A DNA stretch of 64,000 nucleotides. Source: Bdellovibrionales bacterium (lineage in GTDB: Bacteria; Bdellovibrionota; Bdellovibrionia; Bdellovibrionales; UBA1609). The stretch is from contig OZ252021.1 in the NCBI GenBank assembly GCA_965247685.1, forward strand, positions 833,271-897,270. The letters run 5' to 3'. The first letter of the stretch is position 1. Each line of letters opens with the position of its first letter. The notes below the pieces were generated by a model. That model saw nothing but the letters and a program-made list of their open reading frames with translations, was not told the origin of the DNA and searched no databases. The position numbers were made by a program, and so were the translations under genes. This document shows positions 9,629 to 19,044 of the stretch, one piece after another.

Positions 9629-9982
9629 TTACTTCTCACATTGAAACTCATAATTATGAGTTGGGTTGTAGCCCATAATCCATAAAAAAGGAATCCAAAA
9701 AAATAGTCCGCCAATTAAAGCTCCAACACTTAACCGTTCAGTTCGACTGAACATTACAGATTGGCTTTGACAGCCTGCTTTTCTCAAATTAACAGATGTT
9801 GTAGAACCCACTACTTTAGTATCAGAGTGCAAAACCTCACCTGTACCTTGATATTGACCATCGACATACACTTTGACGTTGCGGTCAATATTGCCATTCC
9901 TATCTACTACACGAATAGATGTGGTGCTAGCACAAGATATTAAAGAGCTTGCTACACAAATAGAAATGATACGAAAAAACAT
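9629..9982 (-). CDS. Putative lipoprotein (PEGA-like beta domain plus C-terminal hydrophobic segment)
   Basis: 117 aa. Lipobox SLISC, a VKVYVDGQYQGTGEV motif, and a C-terminal GALIGGLFFWIPFLWIMG segment. Confidence 0.5.
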   Translation of the reverse strand: MFFRIISICVASSLISCASTTSIRVVDRNGNIDRNVKVYVDGQYQGTGEVLHSDTKVVGSTTSVNLRKAGCQSQSVMFSRTERLSVGALIGGLFFWIPFLWIMGYNPTHNYEFQCEK

Positions 9983-10259
9983 AAAAACCCCCTTGGAATA
10001 GTTTATAGCATCCTACTGAGATGATTTAACATAGTCAATAATCAAAAGAAAAATAAATGAAGAAGTGTTCATTTTAATCAAATTTATTACAAACTAAGGC
10101 TAAACCTGCAACCATAAGTAATGCCAATTCAAAGAACTCGCTATTTTTTTAAGGGTGTTCTTATGGAAGACATAGCTGAAAGACATCAAAATGTCTTTCA
10201 GGTTATTTTATACCGAGCACATGGGTAACACTTTCGCTCTAAAGGGATGATCTTACTTG

Positions 10260-11108
10260 TTAAAAGTTTATCTTTTTAACAATATCTTTTGTTGTTTGAA
10301 CATAGTATGAAAAATTTTGATTAAGACCTTTTACTGTAGATTGTACTTCTTGCCATCCTATTTCCTGTGATGTCAGAAAATCATCACTATTCAAACAAGA
10401 ATCAATCAATGAAAGAGGTACATTTTTTGCTTCAAATACCTTTACGATATGTTTGGACAGCTCTTTAAAAAAATCATTAATTTTTCCTTCATCAAGAACT
10501 TTTGTATAAATTTGTTCTATATCATAAAAGTCACGAGCCCTATTGTTATGTGTGCTTCGATACTTATAATCAGGATGAGATTGACATATAGCTCGAAGTT
10601 TTTCCAGAATAAGTAAAGCCTTGGAATAAACTTTTATTTCAATGGACTTTACTCTAATTATTTCGAAACTTTCACTGTATTCCATTTCACTGATATCAAT
10701 TGGAATTTTATTTGTTAACAAACCTTCCGGAATAATAGCGGAGGCGGATTTTTGATAGACTTTGTTGTTCTTTAGTTATGAGTTTAAATTCAATAGCCCA
10801 TCCACTCAAGGAGTCAGAACTCCAGTCTGTCTTATTATAGGTTTACGAATTGGTTTGAAATCGATAACATATAGTTTATTTTTTAAAAATTCTTTACGTA
10901 TTGCTGATTCAAGATAATTAAAAAAATTATTTTCTTTCTCAATTTTTTCAGGAAAAGAAAAATCAGAATCTCTGGATAATCGAGATTTTAAATTATGTAC
11001 AAATCTTAGAGCTTGTCCTCCTTTTAAATACATCTTTCCACTTAAGATATCATGTGAATAAATGGCTACAAGAATTTTCCAAACAACCTCTTCAGCGGTT
11101 ATCATCAA
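10260..11108 (-). pseudogene. AbiEii/AbiGii-family nucleotidyltransferase toxin gene with two in-frame stops
   Basis: ORFs 10806..11108 and 10260..10721 are in the same frame. They are separated by TGA (10806-10808) and TAA (10776-10778). The N-terminal part has the KGGQALRF..RLSRDSDFSF NTase-like motif. The restored length of about 280 codons fits the family. Confidence 0.6.
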
Positions 11109-11961
11109 TCACTCCTTTGGGATAATGAATTTTCCATTTTGAATCATAAGACCAATTTTTATTAAAATTTTTATCTAAATAAAATGTTATTTTAGGAGAA
11201 GAAAAATAATTTAACCATTTTTTGCTGATATGAGGTTCCTTTAATCTGGAAAGTAGGAAACCTATAGACTGCCAGTAAGGATAAAAAGGGGAATAAGCTT
11301 CATAAACTTTATAGAGTTTGTTAATGTTTATGCGAGCTTTAGCAAAAGCATTTATAAGAGTTTTAATTCCACCACTATAATGGGGGCTGATTAGAGAATC
11401 GATAAGTGTTCTTTCCAGTGATGTAAAAAATATTTTAACTTGTCTTGTTTTATCTATTTTCAGTAATTTATTTTTAACTCCTATTTTACCTAAGTCTTGT
11501 TTTTCTAATAATGTAATTTTAGTTTTTTGATACATAAAGTATTTAGATGTTTTTCTTGGGGATTTAAGGAAGGCTTGATGTATTTTTGCTGAAATCTTTT
11601 CCTTTGAATGAGTAGGAATTCTTCCAACAATCTCTTTGGATAAAAAATATTCTTCTGGCCTATGATTTGTTAATTCATTTAAGTATAAAGCTGAAAAATG
11701 ACTAAGGTAATATCTTGGATGAAAAGCTGTTAATATATCAATAATTTGGATCTTATTTAAATTAAAAGTTAAGAGCTTATAATCTGCTGTTGCATTCCAA
11801 ACTACAGGGACTTCTGTTACAGCTCTTAGAATACGTGTTTTTTCTTGATCTGTAATACGTTTGTTTTTATGCATTTTTTGAAGTAGTTTTTCCAATGTTA
11901 TCTCAGGAAAAACCATAGGTAATTTTGAAGAAAGTTCTGTTTTAAATTTTGCAATGGACAT
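11092..11961 (-). CDS. AbiEi-family antitoxin / transcriptional regulator
   Basis: 289 aa. Overlaps the downstream toxin gene by 17 nt. LSHFSALYLNELT and TSLERTLIDSL..P.YSGG motifs resemble AbiEi proteins. Confidence 0.6.
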   Translation of the reverse strand: MSIAKFKTELSSKLPMVFPEITLEKLLQKMHKNKRITDQEKTRILRAVTEVPVVWNATADYKLLTFNLNKIQIIDILTAFHPRYYLSHFSALYLNELTNHRPEEYFLSKEIVGRIPTHSKEKISAKIHQAFLKSPRKTSKYFMYQKTKITLLEKQDLGKIGVKNKLLKIDKTRQVKIFFTSLERTLIDSLISPHYSGGIKTLINAFAKARININKLYKVYEAYSPFYPYWQSIGFLLSRLKEPHISKKWLNYFSSPKITFYLDKNFNKNWSYDSKWKIHYPKGVIDDNR

Positions 11962-11983
11962 TACTGTTTAACTCTGTTTTATT

Positions 11984-12011
11984 GTATCATGTGTATATAT
12001 ACACATGATAC
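11984..12011. promoter_or_regulatory. Perfect 28-bp palindrome upstream of abiEi (candidate operator)
   Basis: gtatcatgtgtatatatacacatgatac, located 23 nt upstream of the abiEi start codon. Confidence 0.5.
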
Positions 12012-12171
12012 TTCTAATTTTAAGATAAGTCAAGAGAAAAAATGGTAATTTATTAGTTTACATAATTCTTAGTTTCTCCTACAATTTGAAGGGATTTTAA
12101 AGGGAAACTTCGGTTACTATAGGTTGTAAGCGGTTACCAACAGGATGAATAGGTGGTATTTTGTTTAATTT

Positions 12172-12326
12172 TGAAGTTATTTTAGAGTTTTGAAACCCTT
12201 ACCTTCTATCCCGTCCACCCCACAGATTTCTTCAAGAAGTGTAGAAAAAATATTTGGAACCTTTTGAACTTCATCTAAAACAACCTTCTTTGATAATCCT
12301 TTTACAAACCCAATAGGATCTTCTTT
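12172..12326 (-). pseudogene. Relic fragment of an AAA_14/DUF4143-type ATPase gene
   Basis: The minus-strand frame reads KEDPIGFVKGLSKKVVLDEVQKVPNIFSTLLEEI. This is a Walker-B-like VVLDEVQ..P context typical of that family. It is bounded by stops after about 50 codons. Confidence 0.25.
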
Positions 12327-12548
12327 GCTGTTTTAGTCACTACATCATCTTTAGCTATTCTGTTTGCCGTACTTAGCAGTGAGTTTAAGTTTAGAAAAAT
12401 AAAAAAGCATCTTGGAATAAACAAAAAGAAGTGAAGACAGGTTTTAGTGAAGTTAATTAAAGATTTTCTATCAGGATATGGAAGGGAGATTTTAACAGAG
12501 GCCATAAATAAAATAGAAAAATTTACTGGAGAAAGAGATTGGAGTAAG

Positions 12549-12651
12549 GATTTCAATTCTTATTGAGAGATAAAATGATATATATGAATAAAACTGTTAG
12601 TAACAGGCAATACGATAGAATTCAAAAAATTGACTGTAACTATATGGATCT
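12549..12651 (+). other. CRISPR leader (cas-distal end of array)
   Basis: 103-nt AT-rich sequence abutting repeat 1. It is conserved in a second copy at 9433-9537. Confidence 0.6.
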
Positions 12652-14270
12652 GTTTTGATTGCACTACAATTTCCTATATGATAAAATAAAGATATCAGCT
12701 CATCAAAAAAGCGGGTAGTTTTGATTGCACTACAATTTCCTATATGATAAAATGGTAAAACAATTTATAAGTATGCAAATGGTGTTTTGATTGCACTACA
12801 ATTTCCTATATGATAAAATGGGCTTGTTAAGCACTATTAATAGGTATATGTTTTGATTGCACTACAATTTCCTATATGATAAAATAGGTTGCGTTGAAAG
12901 TCTGTTTTGAAGGGCGTTTTGATTGCACTACAATTTCCTATATGATAAAATTGTTATATTATAGTTAAGTAAATAAATCTAGTTTTGATTGCACTACAAT
13001 TTCCTATATGATAAAATATAAATCTTGAACAATTCACTAAGATAATAGTTTTGATTGCACTACAATTTCCTATATGATAAAATTCTTCTTTTGTACTTTC
13101 TATTTTTGTAAGTGTTTTGATTGCACTACAATTTCCTATATGATAAAATTTAAAAGAAATAAACAAGGAGCTGGAAGTGGTTTTGATTGCACTACAATTT
13201 CCTATATGATAAAATTATTCGGTCATATTGTGTAAAGAGATCATGGTTTTGATTGCACTACAATTTCCTATATGATAAAATAAAGAATATGATGAATGAG
13301 GTGGCCAGAAGGTTTTGATTGCACTACAATTTCCTATATGATAAAATATATTATAGTTAAATAAACAATTGTCTAGGGTTTTGATTGCACTACAATTTCC
13401 TATATGATAAAATTGGTTTACAATTGGTGTAAAAACCAGCTGGGTTTTGATTGCACTACAATTTCCTATATGATAAAATATCTATAGATCAATTAAATAA
13501 AAAAGTCTAGTTTTGATTGCACTACAATTTCCTATATGATAAAATTGAAAAGCCGTGGTTGTCCGATAAGACTAGGTTTTGATTGCACTACAATTTCCTA
13601 TATGATAAAATATTACAAGTTGATTCACAAGCTCGGACGATGTTTTGATTGCACTACAATTTCCTATATGATAAAATATTTATAGAAGATTACAATAATA
13701 AATATGCGTTTTGATTGCACTACAATTTCCTATATGATAAAATACCACTAGAATAAATATGGATTGGAACTCCGTTTTGATTGCACTACAATTTCCTATA
13801 TGATAAAATTCATTGTACTGGATGGAATGAATATAATGTGTTTTGATTGCACTACAATTTCCTATATGATAAAATTCCTCGGTTAAGGACCTCGCCTCGA
13901 TTTATGTTTTGATTGCACTACAATTTCCTATATGATAAAATAGTTACAGAAATTGTGGGTTTCACAACTCCGTTTTGATTGCACTACAATTTCCTATATG
14001 ATAAAATGGGTCTTCGTTCCACACACCACCTGCGTTGGTTTTGATTGCACTACAATTTCCTATATGATAAAATAAATGTAAAATTTGAGAATGGATGTGC
14101 TTAGTTTTGATTGCACTACAATTTCCTATATGATAAAATTGAAGTGGCCGGAACTATTAATATTGCTACGTTTTGATTGCACTACAATTTCCTATATGAT
14201 AAAATTTATAAATATGCAAACGGTAGGAAGCCTTGTTTTGATTGCACTACAATTTCCTATATGATAAAAT
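12652..14270 (+). CRISPR. CRISPR array: 25 x 36-bp repeats, 24 spacers (23 x 30 nt, last one 29 nt)
   Basis: The repeat gttttgattgcactacaatttcctatatgataaaat recurs every 66 bp (12652, 12718 ... 14170, 14235). All 25 copies look identical. The plus-strand crRNA sense is inferred from tracrRNA complementarity. Confidence 0.97.
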
Positions 14271-14312
14271 AAGCCATTTATAACTCCTTGAAATTACAGG
14301 AGTTATTGGCTT
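14271..14312. terminator. Hairpin between array end and cas2 stop
   Basis: aagcca-ttt-ataactcct...aggagttat-tggctt imperfect inverted repeat. It is T-rich on the minus-strand side, downstream of cas2. Confidence 0.45.
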
Positions 14313-14321
14313 ATTAAAAAC

Positions 14322-14654
14322 TCAAAATAGTAGCAACTGTTGTTTCTTCTTAGTTAATTTTTCATCATACTTTCCACGAAAACTCACAATATTACTAAAC
14401 TGCTTATCCGTCACAGCTAATAGATCAATTTTCCCATTTTGAGGCAGTTGGTAAGAAATTTTTTTAATGAGACTTTCCACCTTTTCTTTACTAGGGCATA
14501 CCTTAGAATAAACAGAATATTGAACCATCTGAAAACCAAGATCCAATAAACGATACCTAAATTTAGATGCCATTTTTCTCTCTTTTTTTGTTGTTACCGG
14601 TAAATCAAAAAAAGTAAATAACCACATAACTCTATAATGACCTAAATAACTCAT
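14322..14654 (-). CDS. cas2: CRISPR-associated endoribonuclease Cas2
   Basis: 110 aa. VMWLFTFFDLPVTTKKERK..FRYRLLDLGFQMVQYSVY is typical of type II Cas2. ATGA overlap with the cas1 stop. Confidence 0.92.
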   Translation of the reverse strand: MSYLGHYRVMWLFTFFDLPVTTKKERKMASKFRYRLLDLGFQMVQYSVYSKVCPSKEKVESLIKKISYQLPQNGKIDLLAVTDKQFSNIVSFRGKYDEKLTKKKQQLLLF

Positions 14655-15601
14655 GCCGAAGTTTTTATTTTCTTAGAATATAAAAAACTTAAATTAAAAT
14701 TTTGCCAATTTATCTTTAGATTAATATCCCATTTTTTCTTTTCCTTACACAATACTAACGCCAAGGCGGTGGACATTCGAGAAATAACTTGAAACAGTGG
14801 ACTTATTCCAGAGCATCCTTCAACATCCACAATCACAAGACCTGACAGTACCTGCTTCACTTCCTTATTCACATCACGATATGCTTGTGAGTATAACTGT
14901 CTTACAACATAATCTGCGATAGGTCTAAAAGGCTCTATTAAGTCATCTACCAAACACATAGGATTATACATATTTCTATGATGAATACCTATACTAGGAT
15001 GAAGCCCTGACACAATAACACCTCTTGCAACACAAGACCGTATAATAGCATAAGCATAATTTAACATCGCATTAATGCCATCTCCATTTTGATCTCTTTT
15101 AAATTTGTTGGAAAATAATCTCATCCAATAGACCCTAGCACCTTGAGCTTCTAAATTATTCAAATCTCCAGGTTGAACTAAATTGGACATATTGAATAAT
15201 TTTTTATAAGGCAAACCTAACTCCTTCAATACTAAAGATTGATTTTTTAACTTTAACTTTACCACTTCTTTCCACAATCTTTTTTGTAAAGATTGACTCA
15301 TATTAACCTGAGATTGAATCCTTATATTTTGTTTACAATTTCCAACTAACGGCAAAAGAATAGCTCTTGGTGAAAAATTGGATCCACATATAGAAACTGG
15401 AATCCCACGATCTGATAATTCCACTAAAATATTAGAAGAATAAATACAACCATAACCTGTAATAACAATACCTAAAATATCATCAAGAGAAACACGAGAT
15501 AATAAATTCTGTTTTTCTTTGATCTCTAAAAACCCTCTATATAAACTTAGACGAATATTAGGTCTCGAGATTTCAATAAACTGTCCAAAACTACTACTCA
15601 C
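14651..15601 (-). CDS. cas1: CRISPR-associated integrase Cas1
   Basis: 316 aa. LNYAYAIIRSCVARGVIVSGLHPSIGIHHRN and DLIEPFRP motifs. Positioned between cas9 and cas2. Confidence 0.93.
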   Translation of the reverse strand: MSSSFGQFIEISRPNIRLSLYRGFLEIKEKQNLLSRVSLDDILGIVITGYGCIYSSNILVELSDRGIPVSICGSNFSPRAILLPLVGNCKQNIRIQSQVNMSQSLQKRLWKEVVKLKLKNQSLVLKELGLPYKKLFNMSNLVQPGDLNNLEAQGARVYWMRLFSNKFKRDQNGDGINAMLNYAYAIIRSCVARGVIVSGLHPSIGIHHRNMYNPMCLVDDLIEPFRPIADYVVRQLYSQAYRDVNKEVKQVLSGLVIVDVEGCSGISPLFQVISRMSTALALVLCKEKKKWDINLKINWQNFNLSFLYSKKIKTSA

Positions 15602-15610
15602 AAACTCAAC

Positions 15611-18600
15611 CTAAGCACTATGTCTTTTAGATTCTTCTTTACCAACAATAAAATCAGTCAATTGAACCAAACCACAAGGGCTAATATTAACTCGTTTAGG
15701 ATTACATTTTTGTAGAGAAGATGGACTCTTTTGTGTGTACTTATATTGATCTGATCTACTTCTGTTTCTTGCATCTACATTCGCTTCAAAATGCTCTGAA
15801 AATGTTAGATTTTTATTTTGTGTAAATTTAACAAGCCTCCAGAATCGACCAGCAAAAAATAACATATCCCCTTTCATCAATCTTGCTTTGTCTGGAATAG
15901 GCTTAAAAGTCTTTTGATTAGCAGAAAATATACTTATAACTTGTGCATCCCATTTTCCGCTTGAGTTTTTAAACAGTTGAATTGCATAATTTCCATCCTC
16001 CTGAAAAAATTTGTAAATTTTTCCAAATTTATTTTCAATAGGTATCACTCGTTCCTTTCTATTTAAGCGAACCCTGCGAATACCTGTTTTTTGGTGATAA
16101 TTAATTAAAAATTCTTTAGAGAGGGTATTATTGACTTTTAATTCTTTTAAAAAATCTTGTTTCACCTTTTCACTAATGATTCGACTTTCTATTTTCTTTT
16201 TATCTGCTCCGTTTAAAGTCAAAATTTCAACATAATGGATCACATTAATTGGCTTGGAAAAAGTATTAACACTACCTAATACCCCGTAAGCTGTATCATT
16301 GTGGAGTTGACCTGCTTTTTTAGTTCTCCTTCTGTGAGATACAATAATTTGATCTATTACTCTCTTAGCATCTTCTTTAAAAGAAGGCCAAGGAATCACA
16401 TCTTGTGTTATCACTCTACCAATATTCTCCAGCCTCTCTTTACTCTTTCCTTCTATTCCCTTCGCAATATTACTAATCTGTTGAACTAAAGAACGATCAA
16501 CTAAACCTATCACAAGAGCATCTTTTGCATGATGTCTATGATCGTTCCTATTTTTTTTATCATACTGTAACAAAGATCTTAAAAGAAATGTAGTCTGTCC
16601 TTTAACACTCCACACATCTTTACAAACTCTTCCTAAATACTGAATAGCATATTTAGATATATAACGAGTATCATTCAACTGCCTTTCTAAAAAGTTTCCA
16701 TTTTCTTCAAATTTCTTCATAGCATCCTTGTTAAATTTCCATCGTTTTTGCTCAGATAACTCATTAACTCTCTGAAGAATTCCTGCCCATCGCACTTTAT
16801 CAGATGAAAAGGCTTCATAAGGAGTTTGGTTCCCTTTTTGTTGATTAAAAACTTTATAAACCAACACTTTATTCATAAAGCCGTCATCTAAAGTCTTAGA
16901 GTAGGGCAATATGTGATCAACTTCCAGCTCTGGACTAAGAAGTTTAGTTTCTGGAATCTTTTTACCAGAGTAAACACAGGTATTGTTTTGCTCTTTCCAA
17001 AGCTTATATCTGACACGATTCGTTTTATTGTTAATTCCTCCAAACTCATCAATAAATTTTTTCGCATCTTCATTTCTTTTTTTATTATCATTTATTTTCT
17101 TATCTGATTTTTTTTTAGTTTCTGAGCCCATTGGTAAATCTCTAGCTGTCTCTATCACCACCTCCATCGGTTTTCCATAGACACGAAGGATATCATTTAC
17201 CAATAGCCTTAATTGATTAAAAGCAATATGGACTGTAGGATTTGGAATTCTGAAGGACTCAAATTTATTATGTTTACTCTCTGCTGTTTCAGACAATTTC
17301 ATCTCCACACAATGGTCTCCTAAAACTTGCTGATAAAGAGGTAGCTTGTCTAACAACTCACCTTTATGTCTCCTATCTGAATGATGCCAGCCTGCTAACT
17401 TAATAGCTTCAATTTCCAATTCTCCCTTTTCAAGAAAAGGTATAATTTTGTGAATAACTTTTCTACTGTATTTCCCATGATCTTGTGGAAGATCGTTCAT
17501 GTTTTCCAAAACGTTATCCAAAATTTGATCAGAAATATTTAAATTATTTTCTCTACTAAACTTTTGTAAATCTTTTAAGACTTCCTCATCCTTTTTTATA
17601 AAGATATCTTCTTGGCTTTCACCCTCCAATAACTCGATAAATTGATCCTGAATATCTAAAGACCAACTTTGCCAATCAGGTATAAGGTTTGTCAAAACTA
17701 TACTAGTTTGCTCTCCCTCTAAATAATTCCTATCGTTAATATCTAAGTTAAAACGAGAAAAGTCTTCTACATCAGAGAAAAAATTTTTAAATTCTTTTTC
17801 TAAAGAAGAAAATGTAACTTTATTTTTCTTTTGAAATAGCTTTTCAATAACATAATTTCTAAACTCAATACCTTTATCCATATCCTTCAATAACACACTT
17901 TCACCCATCATATTTATATAAGATAAATTATTTAATTCTTTTAAAATCCTAAATTTTTGAAAAGAAGGCAATGCTCTACTAATTCGTTTCTCACTAGGGA
18001 GAAAATAACATTTTCCGACAATAGACTTCTTTAATTGCCTTTGATGAAAAATAGCCTTATGAAATAAAGCTTTCAACTTTTGATCTTTCAACTTATCGTA
18101 ATATTGAGACTGAGAGTCCCAGAGTTTATTAAATTCATTTTCAATCATAGACCTTTGAGCATAAACAACATAATTCTCCTTAGCTCCAGCACCTATTGGC
18201 TTTCTAGCTAATATCCAGTGTTCTTGTTGAGATCCTGGGTGTTTTCTACTTTCTTCCATCTTTTGAAAACGTTTCCATAAAAATTCACCATATGTTCTAG
18301 CTCCACATTTTTCTAGTTGCTCTTCTGAATTTTCTACAGATTTAGCAATAATCCCATCCTCTTTTCCACTTCCTGATTTCCTATTACTTTTAAAACCTCT
18401 TCTTTGATTTAAGTGAAATAAAGCTCTTCCAAAATGATAAATATTCAACTTTTCATCCAGCCCCTTGGTTCTTATTTCATATGGGTTTAAATTTTGTAAC
18501 TCTTTTAAAGAACATTGATCCTCCGGGAATAATCCATATTTTTTCAACAAATGAAGAAGATAAGCTCTTCTCTGTAAATAACGATCTCTTTGTCTTCTTT

Positions 18601-18838
18601 GCAGCCTTGCCTGCCTGCGAGTGGCATTTAAAGTTGTATAATCTTTGGAATTTCTACCAGAGGGAAAAATCCTCACCCCTGCTTCTGTAATCTCTTTAGG
18701 ACTGTTGTTTTTATCTAAATTATATAAAGCCCACCCTATAGAATTAGTTCCTATGTCTAAAGCAAGTCTTAAGTTATTTGGGGGTTGTTTTAAATCTTGA
18801 TTTAGATCTTTCAGTTTTAAAATTTTATCACCTGACAT
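15611..18838 (-). CDS. cas9: Cas9 (type II-C-sized, 1075 aa)
   Basis: RuvC-I LALDIGTNSIGWAL. Arg-rich bridge helix RRQARLQRRQRDRYLQRR. RuvC-II VVIETARDL. HNH EVDHILPYS...NKVLV...N. RuvC-III HHAKDALVIG. All catalytic residues are present. Confidence 0.95.
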   Translation of the reverse strand: MSGDKILKLKDLNQDLKQPPNNLRLALDIGTNSIGWALYNLDKNNSPKEITEAGVRIFPSGRNSKDYTTLNATRRQARLQRRQRDRYLQRRAYLLHLLKKYGLFPEDQCSLKELQNLNPYEIRTKGLDEKLNIYHFGRALFHLNQRRGFKSNRKSGSGKEDGIIAKSVENSEEQLEKCGARTYGEFLWKRFQKMEESRKHPGSQQEHWILARKPIGAGAKENYVVYAQRSMIENEFNKLWDSQSQYYDKLKDQKLKALFHKAIFHQRQLKKSIVGKCYFLPSEKRISRALPSFQKFRILKELNNLSYINMMGESVLLKDMDKGIEFRNYVIEKLFQKKNKVTFSSLEKEFKNFFSDVEDFSRFNLDINDRNYLEGEQTSIVLTNLIPDWQSWSLDIQDQFIELLEGESQEDIFIKKDEEVLKDLQKFSRENNLNISDQILDNVLENMNDLPQDHGKYSRKVIHKIIPFLEKGELEIEAIKLAGWHHSDRRHKGELLDKLPLYQQVLGDHCVEMKLSETAESKHNKFESFRIPNPTVHIAFNQLRLLVNDILRVYGKPMEVVIETARDLPMGSETKKKSDKKINDNKKRNEDAKKFIDEFGGINNKTNRVRYKLWKEQNNTCVYSGKKIPETKLLSPELEVDHILPYSKTLDDGFMNKVLVYKVFNQQKGNQTPYEAFSSDKVRWAGILQRVNELSEQKRWKFNKDAMKKFEENGNFLERQLNDTRYISKYAIQYLGRVCKDVWSVKGQTTFLLRSLLQYDKKNRNDHRHHAKDALVIGLVDRSLVQQISNIAKGIEGKSKERLENIGRVITQDVIPWPSFKEDAKRVIDQIIVSHRRRTKKAGQLHNDTAYGVLGSVNTFSKPINVIHYVEILTLNGADKKKIESRIISEKVKQDFLKELKVNNTLSKEFLINYHQKTGIRRVRLNRKERVIPIENKFGKIYKFFQEDGNYAIQLFKNSSGKWDAQVISIFSANQKTFKPIPDKARLMKGDMLFFAGRFWRLVKFTQNKNLTFSEHFEANVDARNRSRSDQYKYTQKSPSSLQKCNPKRVNISPCGLVQLTDFIVGKEESKRHSA

Positions 18839-19044
18839 AAAAAAAACTCCTTTATAAATATACAGTCACTTTGAAAGTAGTTTCGGATAAAATATTAAAA
18901 ACATTAGGAATAATTTTACTTTTTTAATAAAAAAATAAAATCTATTTCATAATGAAACATAAAAATAGAGTATGAAAAAAAATTATACAGTAAATAATCA
19001 AAAAAACATTTGATCATATTGATAAACTATGTTCTAATGATCAA

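Noticed and set aside
3781-12556. Similar small ORFs 3781..4023, 5861..6064 and 12302..12556 (shared peptides NFTKTCLHFFLFIPRCF and VKISLP)
   Set aside because: The similarity comes from shared non-coding DNA modules. The ORFs have different boundaries at each site, no RBS, and low-complexity content. They are treated as intergenic repeats, not a protein family.
12954-13166. 70-aa ORF inside the CRISPR array
   Set aside because: Its FYHIGNCSAIKT periodic peptide is just the reverse complement of the repeat read through spacers that happen to lack stops.
12688-14234. Self-targeting spacers within this window
   Set aside because: By eye I saw no spacer matching elsewhere in the 64 kb, but an exhaustive search was not possible without tools. 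It is not reported as a finding.
14271-14321. Possibility of type II-A or II-B (csn2 or cas4) classification
   Set aside because: Only 51 nt separate cas2 from the array, and no fourth cas ORF exists on either side. The Cas9 size and repeat-embedded promoter fit II-C.
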